Positions 25,601-39,400 of a DNA stretch of 64,000 bases are shown one piece after another (position 1 is the stretch's first letter; each line of letters opens with the position of its first letter). The notes beneath the pieces are model-generated. The model had not been told where the DNA came from, did no database searches, and worked only from the letters and a program-made list of their open reading frames with translations. Source of the stretch: Vermamoeba vermiformis (lineage: Eukaryota). The stretch lies in NCBI GenBank assembly GCA_045837725.1, contig JBEWZL010000013.1, forward strand, positions 186,001-250,000, given 5' to 3'. Made by a program: the position numbers and the translations under genes.

Positions 25601-28600
25601 CACAAGTCCAGACGACATTTCTTTCTACGGAAATCAATCAATACCTCGACCTCCACCTTCATGGACACCATGGCTCCTAGCACCTAGTCTGCCCACAAAG
25701 TCCATCAAGCCTCTTACTACACTCCGGCTCGAAGGTCTCATCAAATCATACCTCGACTTCGTGACTGGACTGCCAAATTTAGATCTGCTGACACGATTCT
25801 TCGTTGTGTCGGTGCTCGGTTCAAACGACCGTCTGTTCACCCAAGCACTCGTAGATACTGCTGTGAGCATCGAGTCTTGGCTACTAGATCACGTGATTGT
25901 CGAAGAGTGTCAAGTGAGTCTTCTCGAGGCTGAATAGGCTTAATCAGGCCAGCACTGACAGCTTCTCTGCCTGCCTACAATCTCGTACAACTCTTGCTGA
26001 AGTGGCCTCGCTCTTTGTGGCACAACATATTCGACGCAACATTCAGTCAGTCAATTTCAACTGACCAGTCTTGTCTTGGTCTGGGCACCTGCTAGAGTTT
26101 ATTGAACAGCAAAAGACAGACCTCAGTGGATGCACTGACTTGTGCGGGCGATTGCAGTATTGCCTATCAAGGCCATCTATCACCACGCAGAACGCAATGA
26201 CCCAGCGATGGTCTGCTCTGTTCAAGCGCATTTGGATGATGGACTATACGGTCCTGGACCCCTCCACGATCGAATTTGGACTGATTGAATGGCTTGACTG
26301 GGAACTACTTGCCTTCAACGACCCATCTTGGCACCTGTCACAAGTGTCAACAACAGACCTCGATGCTTATCACAAGCGTATGATTGACACGTTGACATCT
26401 AGACCTGTCCAACACCGGCGAAATAAGTTGAGTGTCGATATGGAGTCTGCTCTGAAACACGCGCTGTTAACTCTTCTTAAGCACAGCGTTAATAGTTACA
26501 ATCGTCATCAATAGTAAGTTACTATCCAAAGCCTAAATTGTGTTGTTAATCGAGTTGCTAGCTCGGAGTGTCCTAAGTTCATCACAACTCTATTTGATAA
26601 GCTGTGCCAAATCATCAACAACCCAAACAACACCACTGTCAATCATTACCCGGTCACTATGTGGCTATTTCAACAGTTTCAACAGATCGAAGCTCTTGCT
26701 CCGATAATATCTTTCATCGACAAGATTCTCCCTCACATTTTGTTAGTCCCCTTCATGCAAACTGAAGAGTAAGTAATAAGTGTTAACTAAGACGACGAGT
26801 GCTAACATTTAATGAAGTGAACTCCAAACGTGGACCGGTGCGTGGAACAAGCTCTGCAAACGTGCACGGTCTAACGAAGTGTTTGCACGTGTGGTGTTAA
26901 TCAGTATAGCACGTGGCTGGTGTTTAAGACACTCGTTGCTTGGAGCATCGAAAGGGGACAAAGCAAAGCAGTCCCATTTAGAAACGATGTTGCCGACTGT
27001 CATTAGTGCGATGACCGAACCAGTCAAATCGACAATTGTTTCACAGCTCGCAAAAGACTTCTCGGCACTACGTGATAGCAAGCGGTCATCAGCCATCGAC
27101 AAGAGCTTCAAATACTTCGAGAACAAGTGCGCTGAAATTGAATCTAATGACGAGATGGCCATTGACCAGAGTGACGTTTCGAATGAATTCAAGAACCCAT
27201 TTGAAGTGATCGCGCGAGCCCCTAGGCAGATGAATCGTCCATTGGCACAAAGTAGCATTGATCTTCCAATCGCTTCTTCGCCATCAAAGGAAGGCCAACC
27301 AGAGAACAATACCAATGTCATAGCACGGCTGAACAAAAGCCTTGACTTACCCACGGACAACTACACTCCCGTCAGATTACAACCTCGACCAAGTCCAGTG
27401 GCTGTACCTCCAAAGCTTTCAGCACTGCCTCCCAAAGAACATATTCAAGTTGTTCTGCCTCAAGAAGATGAAGCCTTGAACAGTCAAATGGACATTGATA
27501 TTGAACTTAGCTTGCCCAAAGATCTCAGTGAGGTCAATTTAGATATGTCAGAGAACGATTTGTTTGAAGACATGACACTCACTGACAGTCCAAAGAATAA
27601 GTCCAATAGAGCAGTTAAATCACCGAAGACACCAACTACAAAGACACCTGTTACTAAAAAGACAACGCCAAAGTCTAAATCTAACACTAATCGCAAGTCG
27701 GGCACTGATGAGGAAGATATTCAAACAAAGGCCAAAGAGGTAGATACGCCAAAGGATGATTCCGAGGCCTCGGAAGATAAGGAAGTTGAGCTCAAGAAAC
27801 ACAACAAAAGTAAGGCAACTCCAAATAACAAAGCAACTAAAAAGGAAGTCGAAGCGAAGAATACCATTAACGAGAAGAAATCTCCTTCCAAATCACCAAC
27901 TCAAAAGAACAAGATCAGCAACTCAAAGACTTCAAAATCTAAAGCAAGTACGAAAAAATCGCCCGCGTCCAAGAAGAAGAAAGCAAAGAAAGAAAGCGAG
28001 GAGAGCTCCAGTGAGAAAAGCGAAAAAGATGGAGAGCAAGAGCGAGAAGAATAGTGAAAAGAACAGTGACAGTGACAGTGACAGCGAGAAGAACGAGAAG
28101 AGTAGCCATAGCAAGAGCGACAGCGAGAAGAGTAAAAAGAGCACGAGTAGTCGCGAAGAGAAGAGCGATGCGAGTTCTGAAAGTGAGTCAAAAGAACAGT
28201 CAAAGAGCAAAAGCAGCAAGAAGAACAAAGCAAGCAACGATTCAGACAGTGACAGCGAAGAAAAGAGTTCGAGTTCTAAGTCCAGCGCTAAGTCATCTAG
28301 CTCCAAGTCATCATCGAGCTCAAAATCCAGTGCCAAGTCCTCGTCGAGTTCTTCGAGTTCTAAATCAAGTTCGGCCAAGAAGTCATCAAGTGCAAGTGAA
28401 AAAAGTGACAGTAAATCCAGTCGAAGCAAAGACGAAAGCGACGAAGAAAAGAGTGAAACGAGCAAGTCCGCGAGTGCAAGCGAACTTAAAGCCCCGGTTA
28501 AGAAGAAGAAAAGTCCTCCGAAAAAGAAGCCCCAGAGACCGAACGGCAGAGCTACAGCTAAGAAATCACCGATACAGAATAAGAAGCCAAAGAACAAACA

Positions 28601-29225
28601 GAAGAAACTTAAGAGCGAAAGCGACGAAGAAAAAGAGGAAGACAAGACAAAGAGCACGAATAAGAGCAAGAAAAAGACCACGAAAGATACTGATAAAGAC
28701 ACTGATAAAGATGCAGCGAGTGAAGACAAAGAGCAGACACCCAAAAGCAGTAAGAAGATGCCGAACAAAGACAGCGAGCCAATTAACAAACAACCAGCTT
28801 TGCGGAAAGAGAAACATGCACAGAAAACAGCCGACGCCAAAAAGAAACAAAGCAAGAACCAAGAGGCCGCTGTTGAGAATATGATCGATGAAGGTGACAC
28901 GCGTCAAAGTGTCAATCTTCCGCTTTCCCCAGTTAAATCAACCACTGCGCCAGTGCGGTCACTGTCAGGTCTGTCGCAAATCAAGATGTCGTTAGATCTG
29001 CCACTGAGTCAAGATACAATTGACCTGACAGTCAGCACTGATGTTAACGGCAGTATCGATGGTGATTGCGTCGTGTTGAGCTCTCAAGGGCCAATTGACG
29101 ATGACTTTCAGCCCACTGGCTCGCATTTGAAACGTAAACGAAGTGACGCACTGACGATGAAGCCGAACAAGCGCTCCAAAGCCACACCAAGCAATGCCAA
29201 TGCGACGCAAGAAATGAGCGATTGA
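22670..29225 (+). CDS. Large alpha-helical protein, weakly FANCA-like, with a very long K/S/E-rich disordered tail; apparent +1 frameshift near 28030
   Basis: Chain of spliceable ORFs 23182-26514 and 26879-28054/27756-29225. Segments EWLDWELLAFNDPSW...DLDAYHKRMI and LIRRLPHEPKTVI recall FANCA. The gene is well supported; the family call is weak. Confidence 0.55.
27950..28900 (+). repeat. Low-complexity coding tract (SEK/SDS/SSK repeats, GACAGT tandem units near 28065-28085)
   Basis: A/G-rich repeats encoding SDSDSDSEK, SSSKSSAKSSSSK and KDTDKDTDKD. Confidence 0.85.
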
Positions 29226-29458
29226 GGAGGAGATGTAGCGCTTACTGTAAATACCTTGTAAATAATCATACATCGCACTTGATTGTTAATGCACGCCTTG
29301 CGGTCGGAAAATTGTTCCCACACGCTAAAATTGGTTTGCGACAACAATTTCTGTGTGTCACGAGACAAGTTGACCGACAAAAAACTGTCCCTTTTCGATG
29401 AATTATTATAGTTTCAAGGCAGTAGCACAACAAATGAACTGATCGTATTCTAGACACG

Positions 29459-30625
29459 ATGAGGCTTCTAAAAAGGCGTCTAATCGAGATCCTGTTCTTC
29501 GTTATTGTTATCAGTTTCTTTACGCTACTGGCCGTTTGTTTATGGTTACTATCTACCTTCGGAAGGTATGTGATATTAATGCGCTTGTTATTGAAATTAG
29601 GATTGATCAGATTTTAGATTTTAAAGAAAACGATTATTTACTAACTGCCTTGCTTTAGCCCAGCAGCAAATTATATAGGCTTTTCAGTGATCCTTTTTTG
29701 CGGTGGATTAATATTATTGCTGCCCTTCTTTCAGCCCCACGGACATATTGGTAGATTCAAAGCTTGGTCAATGAAAAATAATGTAAGCGCCGTGACTTAA
29801 ATATGCAATCTTAAATGGGAAAGGTAATTTACAAGTGACATCTTTAAAGGTTTTATTCAAAGCGGATTGGATCTGGGCACCATCCGCCGCCGCTGTTGGC
29901 GCGAGTGCTGTCGGAATTTTAATCGCTTCTCGCTCAACCATCGTGTTTTTTGTCGCTACACAAGGTAAGTCGCCGATAGAGCTCCCCGCGGTGTCTGATC
30001 TGATCGTCTTTCCTTTGCAGGAATTTTAACTGTACAATCGAACGTAACTCTGAATGACGTCCGCTCCCATTACGCATATGAATTCCCCTCGACCTATCAA
30101 ATCCAGTCTAAAATGATGATGCAACAAGATTACGCTTGCGGTCTCGCGCAACAGACGTGTCATTTCTGCATGGCTCCCGTGACTGACGGCCAAGCACCAT
30201 TCTTATTTTGGACTGGCTGCGTAGTCACTGACGAGGACTGTCCCGATTCACTTGCGTAAGTTGTATTCACTCGCTTGTGTTCGCTGTACTAACGCTCATA
30301 CAGCCATGCCCACGAAGGCTCGTGTCTTGGCTCGTGGAGTAAATTCGATCCTCCCGCAGCAATATTAGCCGACCAAAACTCTCAAGGTCTCAATGCGATC
30401 AAAGCGACGTACGGCTACGACGCCGTCCTGATCCAACAAAGCGATGTCATCGCGCAGTACGAAACTGGTCTGCTTGAAATTTCCCTTTCCATCTCGTTGT
30501 TTGTGGTACTCTTCTGCCTAGCTGCGCTGTTGCGTCGACCATTTGCTAACTGCTTCAAGTGTTATCCGCCTATTCCTCTTGCGCCAGCTCCCAAACCAAC
30601 ACCAAACGCAGGCCGTCGCAGATAA
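29459..30625 (+). CDS. Uncharacterised multi-pass membrane protein with a Cys-rich luminal domain; 5 exons
   Basis: MRLLKRRLIEILFFVIVISFFTLLAVCLWLL...; CGLAQQTCHFCMAPV...FWTGCVVTDEDCP; C-terminal TM LSISLFVVLFCLAALLRR; Pro-rich tail; stop 30623-30625. Confidence 0.7.
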
Positions 30626-30756
30626 GTTCCGATCTGCAGCTCCTTTTTATCTCCATTTTGTAAATTGTTGTGTATATTCACATTGTACAGTATATAAACA
30701 TATCTGCGAAGCGAATATCGTAAGGTCTTTTATTAGGGTGTTTAAAACAGACAATT

Positions 30757-31731
30757 TTAACGGTATCTCCAGAGCTTGAGAGTGTTTCTTCTCTTCCAGT
30801 TGGCGCGACGAGAAGGATGGCTCTTCTTGGTGCCACGGCCCTTGCCCAAACCACGAGCCTTCTTACCAGCAGCGGTAAGACCTCTCAATTCACGGTGCTT
30901 GTGAACGGGGTTGGCGATCCAGTTAATGCGAGGATCACGACGGATAGCAGGGTGGCTGGGGTCAACCATAATAACTTCGAAGAATTTGTAGGTACCGTCC
31001 TATTGAAGTAATAATATTATTAATAACAGCTCACTTTAAAAACGGTTTAAGTCGAAACTCAGATCGTGATCGAAAAACTTACTTGAGCAACCCAGTAGGC
31101 GTTCAAAACTCTGAGGTTACCGCAAACACGTCCGGCGCGTTCTTCAGCAATAGCGCGGTGAGATCTTTGGTTCTTCAAGCTGTTGACACCATGGGTCTTG
31201 GGCTTGCCGTAAGTGATACCCTTGGGAACGGGTCTCTTTCTGCCACCACGGCGAACGCGGACACGGTAGATAACGTATCCTTGCTTAGCCTTGTAGCCCA
31301 ATCGTCTAGCCTTGTCGGGGCGGGTGGGGTGGCTGGCACGGTGGATGGCGGGGAGTTGTCTGGGTTAATAATAAAATTAATCACTGTTTAATAACCATAT
31401 TTTTGTGATACATAATGTTTATAATAATAATAATACTCGTGAAAGCATTATTATAATAAATTTTATGACCGTAGATATTTTTTGGCCAACAGATTTATAA
31501 TAATTAATTTTTGTTTTAATTACCTGTATTCCCAGCATCTCAATCTCAACAAAAATCTGAGAGCATCAGATTGTTTCTTCTTCCAAAGTTCTTGCAAGTA
31601 TTTGTAGGCACCTATAAAATATTTGAATAAGATTTGTGAACAACTGGATCGCTTTGGTAGGTTGCTGCTATTATTTGAAATATTTATCTAGCTAACAAAT
31701 AATCAGTTATAATAATTAGATAATTACCCAT
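30757..31731 (-). CDS. RPL15: 60S ribosomal protein L15 (eL15)
   Basis: [30 protein letters not shown]..., [51 protein letters not shown]. Confidence 0.98.
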
Positions 31732-31948
31732 GGCGTAGAGCTCTTGTCTGTTCCTTCGAAACTAACGGGACTGATAGGAGAAAAAGGGCAACAGTGTTTT
31801 TGTCACCCAAACTTGTTGCGCAGAAATTTGACCCAAAATACGGCCAAACATTTTCCGAAGAAAAATTGGCCAAAATTGAACAAACTTTTGCGACGTCGCC
31901 ATCGCCTTTCATAGCTACAATACTATCAAATTGAGCCACACAATAACT

Positions 31949-32321
31949 ATGGTAAACTAGCTAGTTGTCGTATTTCTCTCCTGACGTTCGATACATAGGC
32001 TAATCTGGCTGATCGTACTATCGGCTTTGTATTTCTTACTATAAGCGTGGCAGTTTTTTTCTATTATTCAGTATGGGTTTTAATAACGGTATGTTATTAT
32101 TTCTTGCTCCTACGGGAGAATAAGATATTTTGAAATTAATATTTTTTTTTCAGCCTTTTGTCGAAGAAGCTCACCCGATACACAAATACTTTCTGCCTAG
32201 AGAATATGCTATTACAATTCCATTGGGGCTACTTTTATTTGGCTTATTTGTCATCGCCACATTCTTAAGCTTGGTTATGATCAGGAGTGGAAAGAAGAAA
32301 CAGAAGCCCAAGGCAGAATAA
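31949..32321 (+). CDS. DPM2: Dolichol-phosphate mannose synthase regulatory subunit 2
   Basis: M-ANLADRTIGFVFLTISVAVFFYYSVWVLIT-PFVEEAHPIHKYFLPREYAITIP. Confidence 0.95.
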
Positions 32322-32394
32322 TAGGCGCTATTTACACGAGCCGATTTGTTCACAATTATGTACAGTTAAATGCTATATTACAACAAAGATCTTG

Positions 32395-33299
32395 TCACGC
32401 TGACTCATAGACGAGATAGCCTGCTTCTTCGAGTCTGAATGTCACTTCAGTGCGATCAAACTTGCCGAATATTTCAACGTTATCATTGCCATTTTCGAAA
32501 TCAAAAGTTGCATCTTGAATGCCCTAGCGAAAGTAGCGTTAGATCCATACTTTTGTGATGACGTGTCATATTCAGCACCATACCTCAGTTGAATTAATGA
32601 TATGTTTCACTTTGTCTTCACATTGCTGGCACATTACGCCCTTGATGATGAGTTTCAGTGTTGTCTATGCTCCTGTTAGTTTGATGATTCATGACTGCAT
32701 GTGGCTTGAGACTAGCCTTACCTCACTTGCTACAGGTGCTGACGTTGCTTGTTGTTGCCAACCGACGGTCACTTTCAACAGTGCGTTCATCCAGCTCTCC
32801 ATGTCCTCAAGTTTGTCTGCGGGCCAGATGGGATAGTTAGAAACAAGTTCACATTTTCAAAATGAAAGCATTTTTGCACTTACCAGCAAAGAAATAGTAA
32901 ATACGCTTATCAGCTTGTAATTCAAAGCAGTTGTCTTTGCCCATTTTATCGTTGGGCTGCACGATCGTCAATTCTGTAAGCGGAATGATTCCTGCGGGTA
33001 CTTTATCCTGCATAATAGGTAGTTGATTATATCACTCAATTTAGGTTAAACTTACTTTGTGATCTTTGAAATAAGCTAATTTTCTGTCTTGCAGTACGCA
33101 CCACCTTCGCTTCCAACTCTTCACCCATCCACCTTGCTTCGTTAAAAAGCCTATCAAAAATTAGAAAAAAATAATTAGAATGTTTAGGTTAGGTTTAAAT
33201 TGCTCAGATCTACCTTGTTTAATAATTGGTCCTCCTTGCGTTTCGTCCTGTCATTTACAGTCAACTTCGTGACGCAGACTAAGGTTGACATACCTGCAT
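32395..33299 (-). CDS. PH domain plus heavy-metal-associated (HMA) domain protein; 7 exons
   Basis: PH: IIKQ-GFLTKQGGWVKSWKRRWCVLQDRKLAYFK...NCFELQADKRIYYFFA-DKLEDMESWMNAL. HMA: TLKLIIKGVMCQQCEDKVKHIINSTE-GIQDATFDFENG...LEEAGY. Missed by the ORF track. Confidence 0.85.
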
Positions 33300-33471
33300 T
33301 TTAAATGTGACGAGGTAATATATAATAAAATTATGCGGTCAATATTGCTGCTCGTTGTTATGTGTGCTTGAGCGGGCAAGTTCAACTAAAAGAAAAAAAT
33401 GCCGCCTTCATTTTGTATTGGCCGCGTTGTAAAGAAGTGAAATCCATGTAAATATATTATATATTCTTATA

Positions 33472-36400
33472 ATGTCATCACCTGAGCAAAAGAGGAAGAA
33501 TAGCAATAGTATGTGGGATACGAAGCTGATTGCAAGCGATCTGGAGCAATCTTCATCAGGTCCACCACATACTAGGGATTCAAAAGCCCTCCAAATTAAA
33601 GAAAGAGGAGGAAAGCAAAATGGAGATGGCAAAGGAGCAGATGCGAATTACTCCCCCTCGGATTTTGTTATCAAAATTTTATTGGACGAATTCAAAACTC
33701 AAACACGAAAGAAAATAGACGAAATAATGAAATTTGGTATTGTAAGTATTAAAATGACCCATTTAAGGGTTTGCTAATATTTTCTAAATTATTGACAATT
33801 ATTCGGTTAAATATTCCAATCTTTCTAGGCATCATTTATTTGAATGCATGCTAATATAGTATTAGGACGAGAAGTTTCTACTATCAGATATTTTAGAATC
33901 AGATCCAAAAATGCACCATTTGATAAACTCAATGGCAGAACTTTCCAAATATCACTTGTCAGTATTAATAGACGAATTACTGACTTGGCGAGCAAGTTTG
34001 ACGTCTGACGTAACCAAAACGTAAGCCGATGATATAATTAGCACCGCGTCCATATTAGGATCTCTAATTTGTCGTCAGAGAATCTAATTCGCAGAAGGCC
34101 AAATCAACCAAAGAAACATTGCTCGTCGAAGAACGAAATAAGGTACGCATAGATATTAACATTATGATACTACTTGGTGGGTTACTAACGAGTTTTCATT
34201 CGTGTGTAGCTGGCCATTGAGTTTATATTCTGCAAGATTGTACTGCTATTACTCGAAAACAACTTGACAAAAGAAAGTTTAGAGGAGAATTTGAGCATCG
34301 AACTCGAACAGTTAGCGTTTAAATACCTCAAACCACCAGAGCGCAAAGAAGGTGACGTTGATGATTTGACACTGCTGCCTGCTAATAGACTCAAAATTCC
34401 GACACTATATGCGAAGATACTCGGGTCATTATCACAGTTTAGATTCAAAGACATCGCACATCAATATGTCAAAGAAATCACTTCTAATCCCGTGCGCTCA
34501 AAGAAAGCGATTTACGTCATTCAAGGCATTAGATATTTACGCTTTCAGGTATATTAATATCCATACACTTTAAATTACGATAAAATACTAATGTTGTTCG
34601 CAGCTGTCGAGTCAAGAAGGTGTCGAGCAAGCAGTGTGGTTCCTGTCAAAATTGCATTTGTTATTTAAAGCAGCACAACGCAGTGAAGTGCGACAGGCAT
34701 TAGCCGAGCTCTTTGTGAAGTTTTTACGGCCTTACGCACATTTTTGGATCAAGATACAGCAGCCTGGCATGACCGAGAAACTGCCGTTGTTGTCGCCATT
34801 GGGCACGTCACAAAAAGTAGCCACAATGACTGCGGTATGTCATGGTATAACTGTGAAATTTCATAATATTAACACTTCTAATTAGCCAACGCCACGAGCT
34901 CCAATTGATTTCTCAGCGTGGTTTGCGTTCCTTAAAACAACGTTTGAGAGTTTTGCTTTGAAAAAGATGAAGACAAAAGAATTGATGCCGACGTTCCCTC
35001 TCATGACTGTCGTGCTGTGTGCTTGCAAGGCTCAAGACTTCTCAGAACACTTCTATACATTCACCGAGAAGCTGCTACACGTGCTAAAGGTAAGAAAGGT
35101 TGACTACACCAACGGATTTGCTAATAATGATTCAGGATACAAAACTTCGACCAGTGGCGTTAGATTGTATTTTATATTTGTTAGAGACGTATTTGGTCTC
35201 GTCTGATGGCCCTGATGTCACGAAGTATTTGTTGGAGCTCAGCAGTGTCGTGTTCAGCTGCATTTCATCAACAAAGAGACAACCGCACCAAAACACTATG
35301 TTCGAAGCACTCGCGGTATTTGTGGATATTATTTGTATCATAGCTCATTTTAAGTTGCCCTTCGCTGTCGAAAATATTCTCTTCGAGTTATTGACGTGGA
35401 AAGGTGACAATTTTCAAGCCGAGTAAGTGCGCTTATACTCTATTAGGGCCCATCTAATTAACTCATTAGGAATGCAATGGTGGCCGTGTGTGTTATTGAG
35501 CGGTTACTCGTCAATGTGCCGTACAGAGGAAAAGATAAATCAGCGACAACAAAGACACAAGACGGACTGACAGAATATGCTCCAAAGTTAAGCCAGTACA
35601 TCTCGTCTGTATTATTGACCATCGACCAATCTTTGGGCAACTATCTACTGACGCAAACTAAGCCCGTCAATGGTAAGAATACTTACACTTCCCGTGAATG
35701 ATCTAACGTCCATCATTCAGAGGTGAAAAGTGAAAAAGAAAGTCTCATGCTCGAGCTGACACGAATCCTGTTGTCGTGCATACCGAAGATCATTCCCTCA
35801 AAGATTCCTTTGCCACGACTAATCAACATATTCTCACGATACTTGATTCACCTGGACAAAGGTATCAGCGAGAAGGCCACAGGCACACTATCAAGGCTCA
35901 TGAAAGAGCGACCTGACTTCCGACCAAATATCATCTACGGTCTGTCAGATTTTATCTTGTCAATACCTCACGGTCGCTACGACTTGATCTTCTCGTTGCT
36001 ATTCAAGCTGGGTCAGTTGCTAAAACAATGGATCGAGTACTTGAAGAACGGCGACACACAAGTGCCTCGCGATGCAGGAGATTTTGCAGAAGTCATGCCA
36101 AGCCTTCCTATCGAGAAAATAGAAGCAGCAGCCATTGTATTTTTATGCAGTCCAAAGGCCAAGATTAGGTTGCTGAGCTTGGAAATCCTTCGGTCACTTC
36201 GTTCGATCTCAGAGGAGCTCAAACAAGACAAAACACCTCGCAGCGGCCCTGGTTTATTCAATGTGCCATCGACACGTGTCATGGATGTCATTGACGAGAC
36301 TGGAAATGACGTCGTCAAGGACTTGCATACCGAGATTAATTTCTTGCGGGTAAGTTGTGCTCGTAGTCAAACAGTATAGGGCGGTAATAATAACAATGTT

Positions 36401-39400
36401 GCAGCCTGTTCGTCCAACAGCGAAGTCAATTGACCGAATTCTGTCTCGAGAAAGCCGTGAAGACCAATTAGTGTGGAGTTACAGTTTGGCCGGCCTAATG
36501 AAGTACATCTTAGAGCTGTGTTCTGATGCAGCACAACACACGTGGAGCTTGGTAAGCAAATTGCGTTGATATTTTTGTGAGCACAGCCTGACAATCACCC
36601 ACCAGATTTCTTCGAGAATTCATCAAGTTCAACCCGAAGAGAGCGATCGCAATCTCACCGGCGAGGAGCAGGAAGAGCTGTTAGTATGGTGGCGCAACTA
36701 CATTATTGTAGCGTGTGCAACTGTCTCAGCCGCTGATTGTACGTATTAATGTCTCCTTGTGTCATTCGCTAACAATTTTGCTTTAGTGTATTATGAAAGC
36801 AAAAAGAAAGATAGCAACGTAGCCTACAATGCGCGAGAGCTATTTATGAAGATAATTCCGTTCTTAAAGTCTTCATTCGAAACGCACAGAGAAGCGGCTA
36901 TAATGGTAATGTCATTCGAGCGATATCACACGCGCTAATTTTCTATCAGGCGCTACAAAGAGCTAACTATAACGTGTACGACATCTTATTTGACACACTG
37001 CGGCCATACGCTAAAGACTTTGATGACGACAAAAAGCCTCAGAAGAAGAGCAAGACAAAGCGTGATCGATTCCGTTATGAACTGATTCGTAAGGACCATA
37101 ATACCATTGCGATAAGACATTGATTAACTTTCTATTAGTGATCTACAGCAATATTTCTGAGAACATGAGACCTGGAACCCTGTCAATGAGCTCCAGTTTG
37201 AAGCAGCATTACATCTCATTCATCCAAGAGACCTGTCAATACCTATCACCGAACATCAATCCGTTCGGACACTTGCCACCGCGCTATTACTTTTGTATAT
37301 TAGTTAAGCATGTTGCACGCGACCTACAGTGCGGTGGTGAACCAATGGACAATGTACGTTAAAATTACGCGCCTAATTTGAGCTGACGTCGTATTTTAGG
37401 CCCTGCGAAAGGACTTGTTCCATTTGTTTGCCAAGTGGTGTAACATCGATGAAATGTTGCACGATGAAACTACCAAGAAGAAGCTGGTATGTCACAGTAA
37501 CGTAGATTGTTGTGCAGCTTATCTAATGTCAAACAGAGCACGGTTCTTGGTCCCATCAAAGACGTTGAGAAGAAGAAGGCGTATCTCAATTTGTTGAAGG
37601 AGCATGGCATTCAGTTGCAGCTAGTAGCATTCCAAGCAATTGAAGCACTGCTAGCCGGCCCGCACTTCGAAGCTGTTGGCCCCAACTACGAGTTCTTCAG
37701 TTGGGTATCGACGTTCTTACACAGCGAGGATGCAATTGTGCGACGACTGGCACGTTACGCACTCGAATCATTTTTGGACTCGATTGCTTACAAGTCCAAC
37801 ATCTTGGCGATCACTATCTCACAGTGCTACTCACCTGACTGGGACATTTCTTCGGCGTACTTTTTAAGCTTGGTTGAGCTGTACACCGAGGAGAAACTTC
37901 ATTGCAGTGAAGTTGAATTGCTCTTGCTCAGCATCTACAAGATGGGCGATCGCTCTTATTCAGTACGACGACGAGCACAAGACCTGTTGATCACTTTCAA
38001 GTCGCTTGTGAAGCAAAACGAGAAGTGGCAAAAGTTGTGCTTGGCGGTTGAGAGTGGCGTAGATGAGACCAATGAACGAGCTCAATTAAGTTTGTCAACT
38101 CGCCTTGCAAAAGAACACGTTGGACTTGTGTGCATGATCATCGAAGAGATGGTCTTGCGATTGGAAGCAGTTGATGAACGAGGCAAGCGTCAAATGTTGA
38201 CTTGCTTGATCCCGTGGATCGAGAACTTGGATTTGAAGACACTGCCTGGAGAGTTGCTGCAAACCACGATCGAGCACCTGTTGTTGATGACCCTGAAGTA
38301 CAGCATGGATCACGCTGCTCAAATCGAACAGATTTGGTTCACTGTTGCCAAGTCCGAGAGCAACGTAGTGTTGCTGCTAAATAAGCTCTTAGATATCGGT
38401 AACACGAAGGTAAGTGCAGCGGTATTGATAAACAATTTTGCTTACAATTCTCCTCAGCGAAACTTTGACTTCATCGACTTGGCGAGTACGGTGATTATCT
38501 ATCTTGGCCGTATTTGTTCCAAGTTGACTGTGGACACACTTGTGCCCGAGCTTTCCAAACTCTACAGATCAGAGTTCGTGCCTAGTGCACACGTCAAGGG
38601 CTTGAGCAACACATCGAATTCGGGTGACTTCAAGTCTGTACCGTCAAATAGCACACTGACGGATCCATCGTACTACACGTTGAGCTCGTCAGAGATCAAG
38701 CGATCCGAAGCTTTTACAGAAATGTCCACAGCAGAGACACAATTCAACTCGTTCAGATCTGTCAAATCACGCAGCGATGGAACTAAGGAAATGGTAGCAG
38801 AAGAAACGCCTTCCAAGCTGACGATGAGTGCTGAAAATCGCGATCCTAATCCTATGGTTAAAGTGAACTCCAGATCAAAACTGCCACGTCCTTCAGTGCC
38901 GCCCATCCCTGAAAAGCCACCGAAGGTGAAAACACGCCGAGGCAGTATCAGTGACTCATCAGGCCAAGGACGCAAGCGCTCAGCGAAAGACGAGGAATCA
39001 TTCAGCTCAAGTGAAGTGATTGACATTGAAAGTTCCGAGAGTTCGGTGTCAAAGTTCTTGCCAAAGAGCTTCTCCACTCCTCTCACTATTCCAGAGATTC
39101 ACTTCGAAGAACCTAAGCTGAAGCCACTCTCCATGTTCATTCCTACCATCAATGACGCTGACGTGCATCGTTGGGGTCTGTCGCGTGGTCATCTGGCTCT
39201 AGTCTTCCTTGCGCAGCTGACCTACGAAGTGGTCGACGAGTGCAAGAAACACTTGCCTATCATCTTCCAACTGGCATTTTTGGGCATGGACTATCCTCAG
39301 CCAGTGGTCTACGAGAACTGTCGTATTATCTTGCTCAACCTCGTACAAAATCTGATTGTCACTCCCATGGAAAGCAATGCACAGCCCAAGACACAAGAAC

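Noticed and set aside
27932-28900. Long antisense and alternative-frame ORFs (322 aa; also 60894-62301)
   Set aside because: Shadows of low-complexity or coiled-coil coding sequence that lacks stops in other frames.
31361-31522. Possible intronic snoRNA in the longest RPL15 intron
   Set aside because: No paired C/D boxes or H/ACA hairpins visible; it is plain AT-rich sequence.
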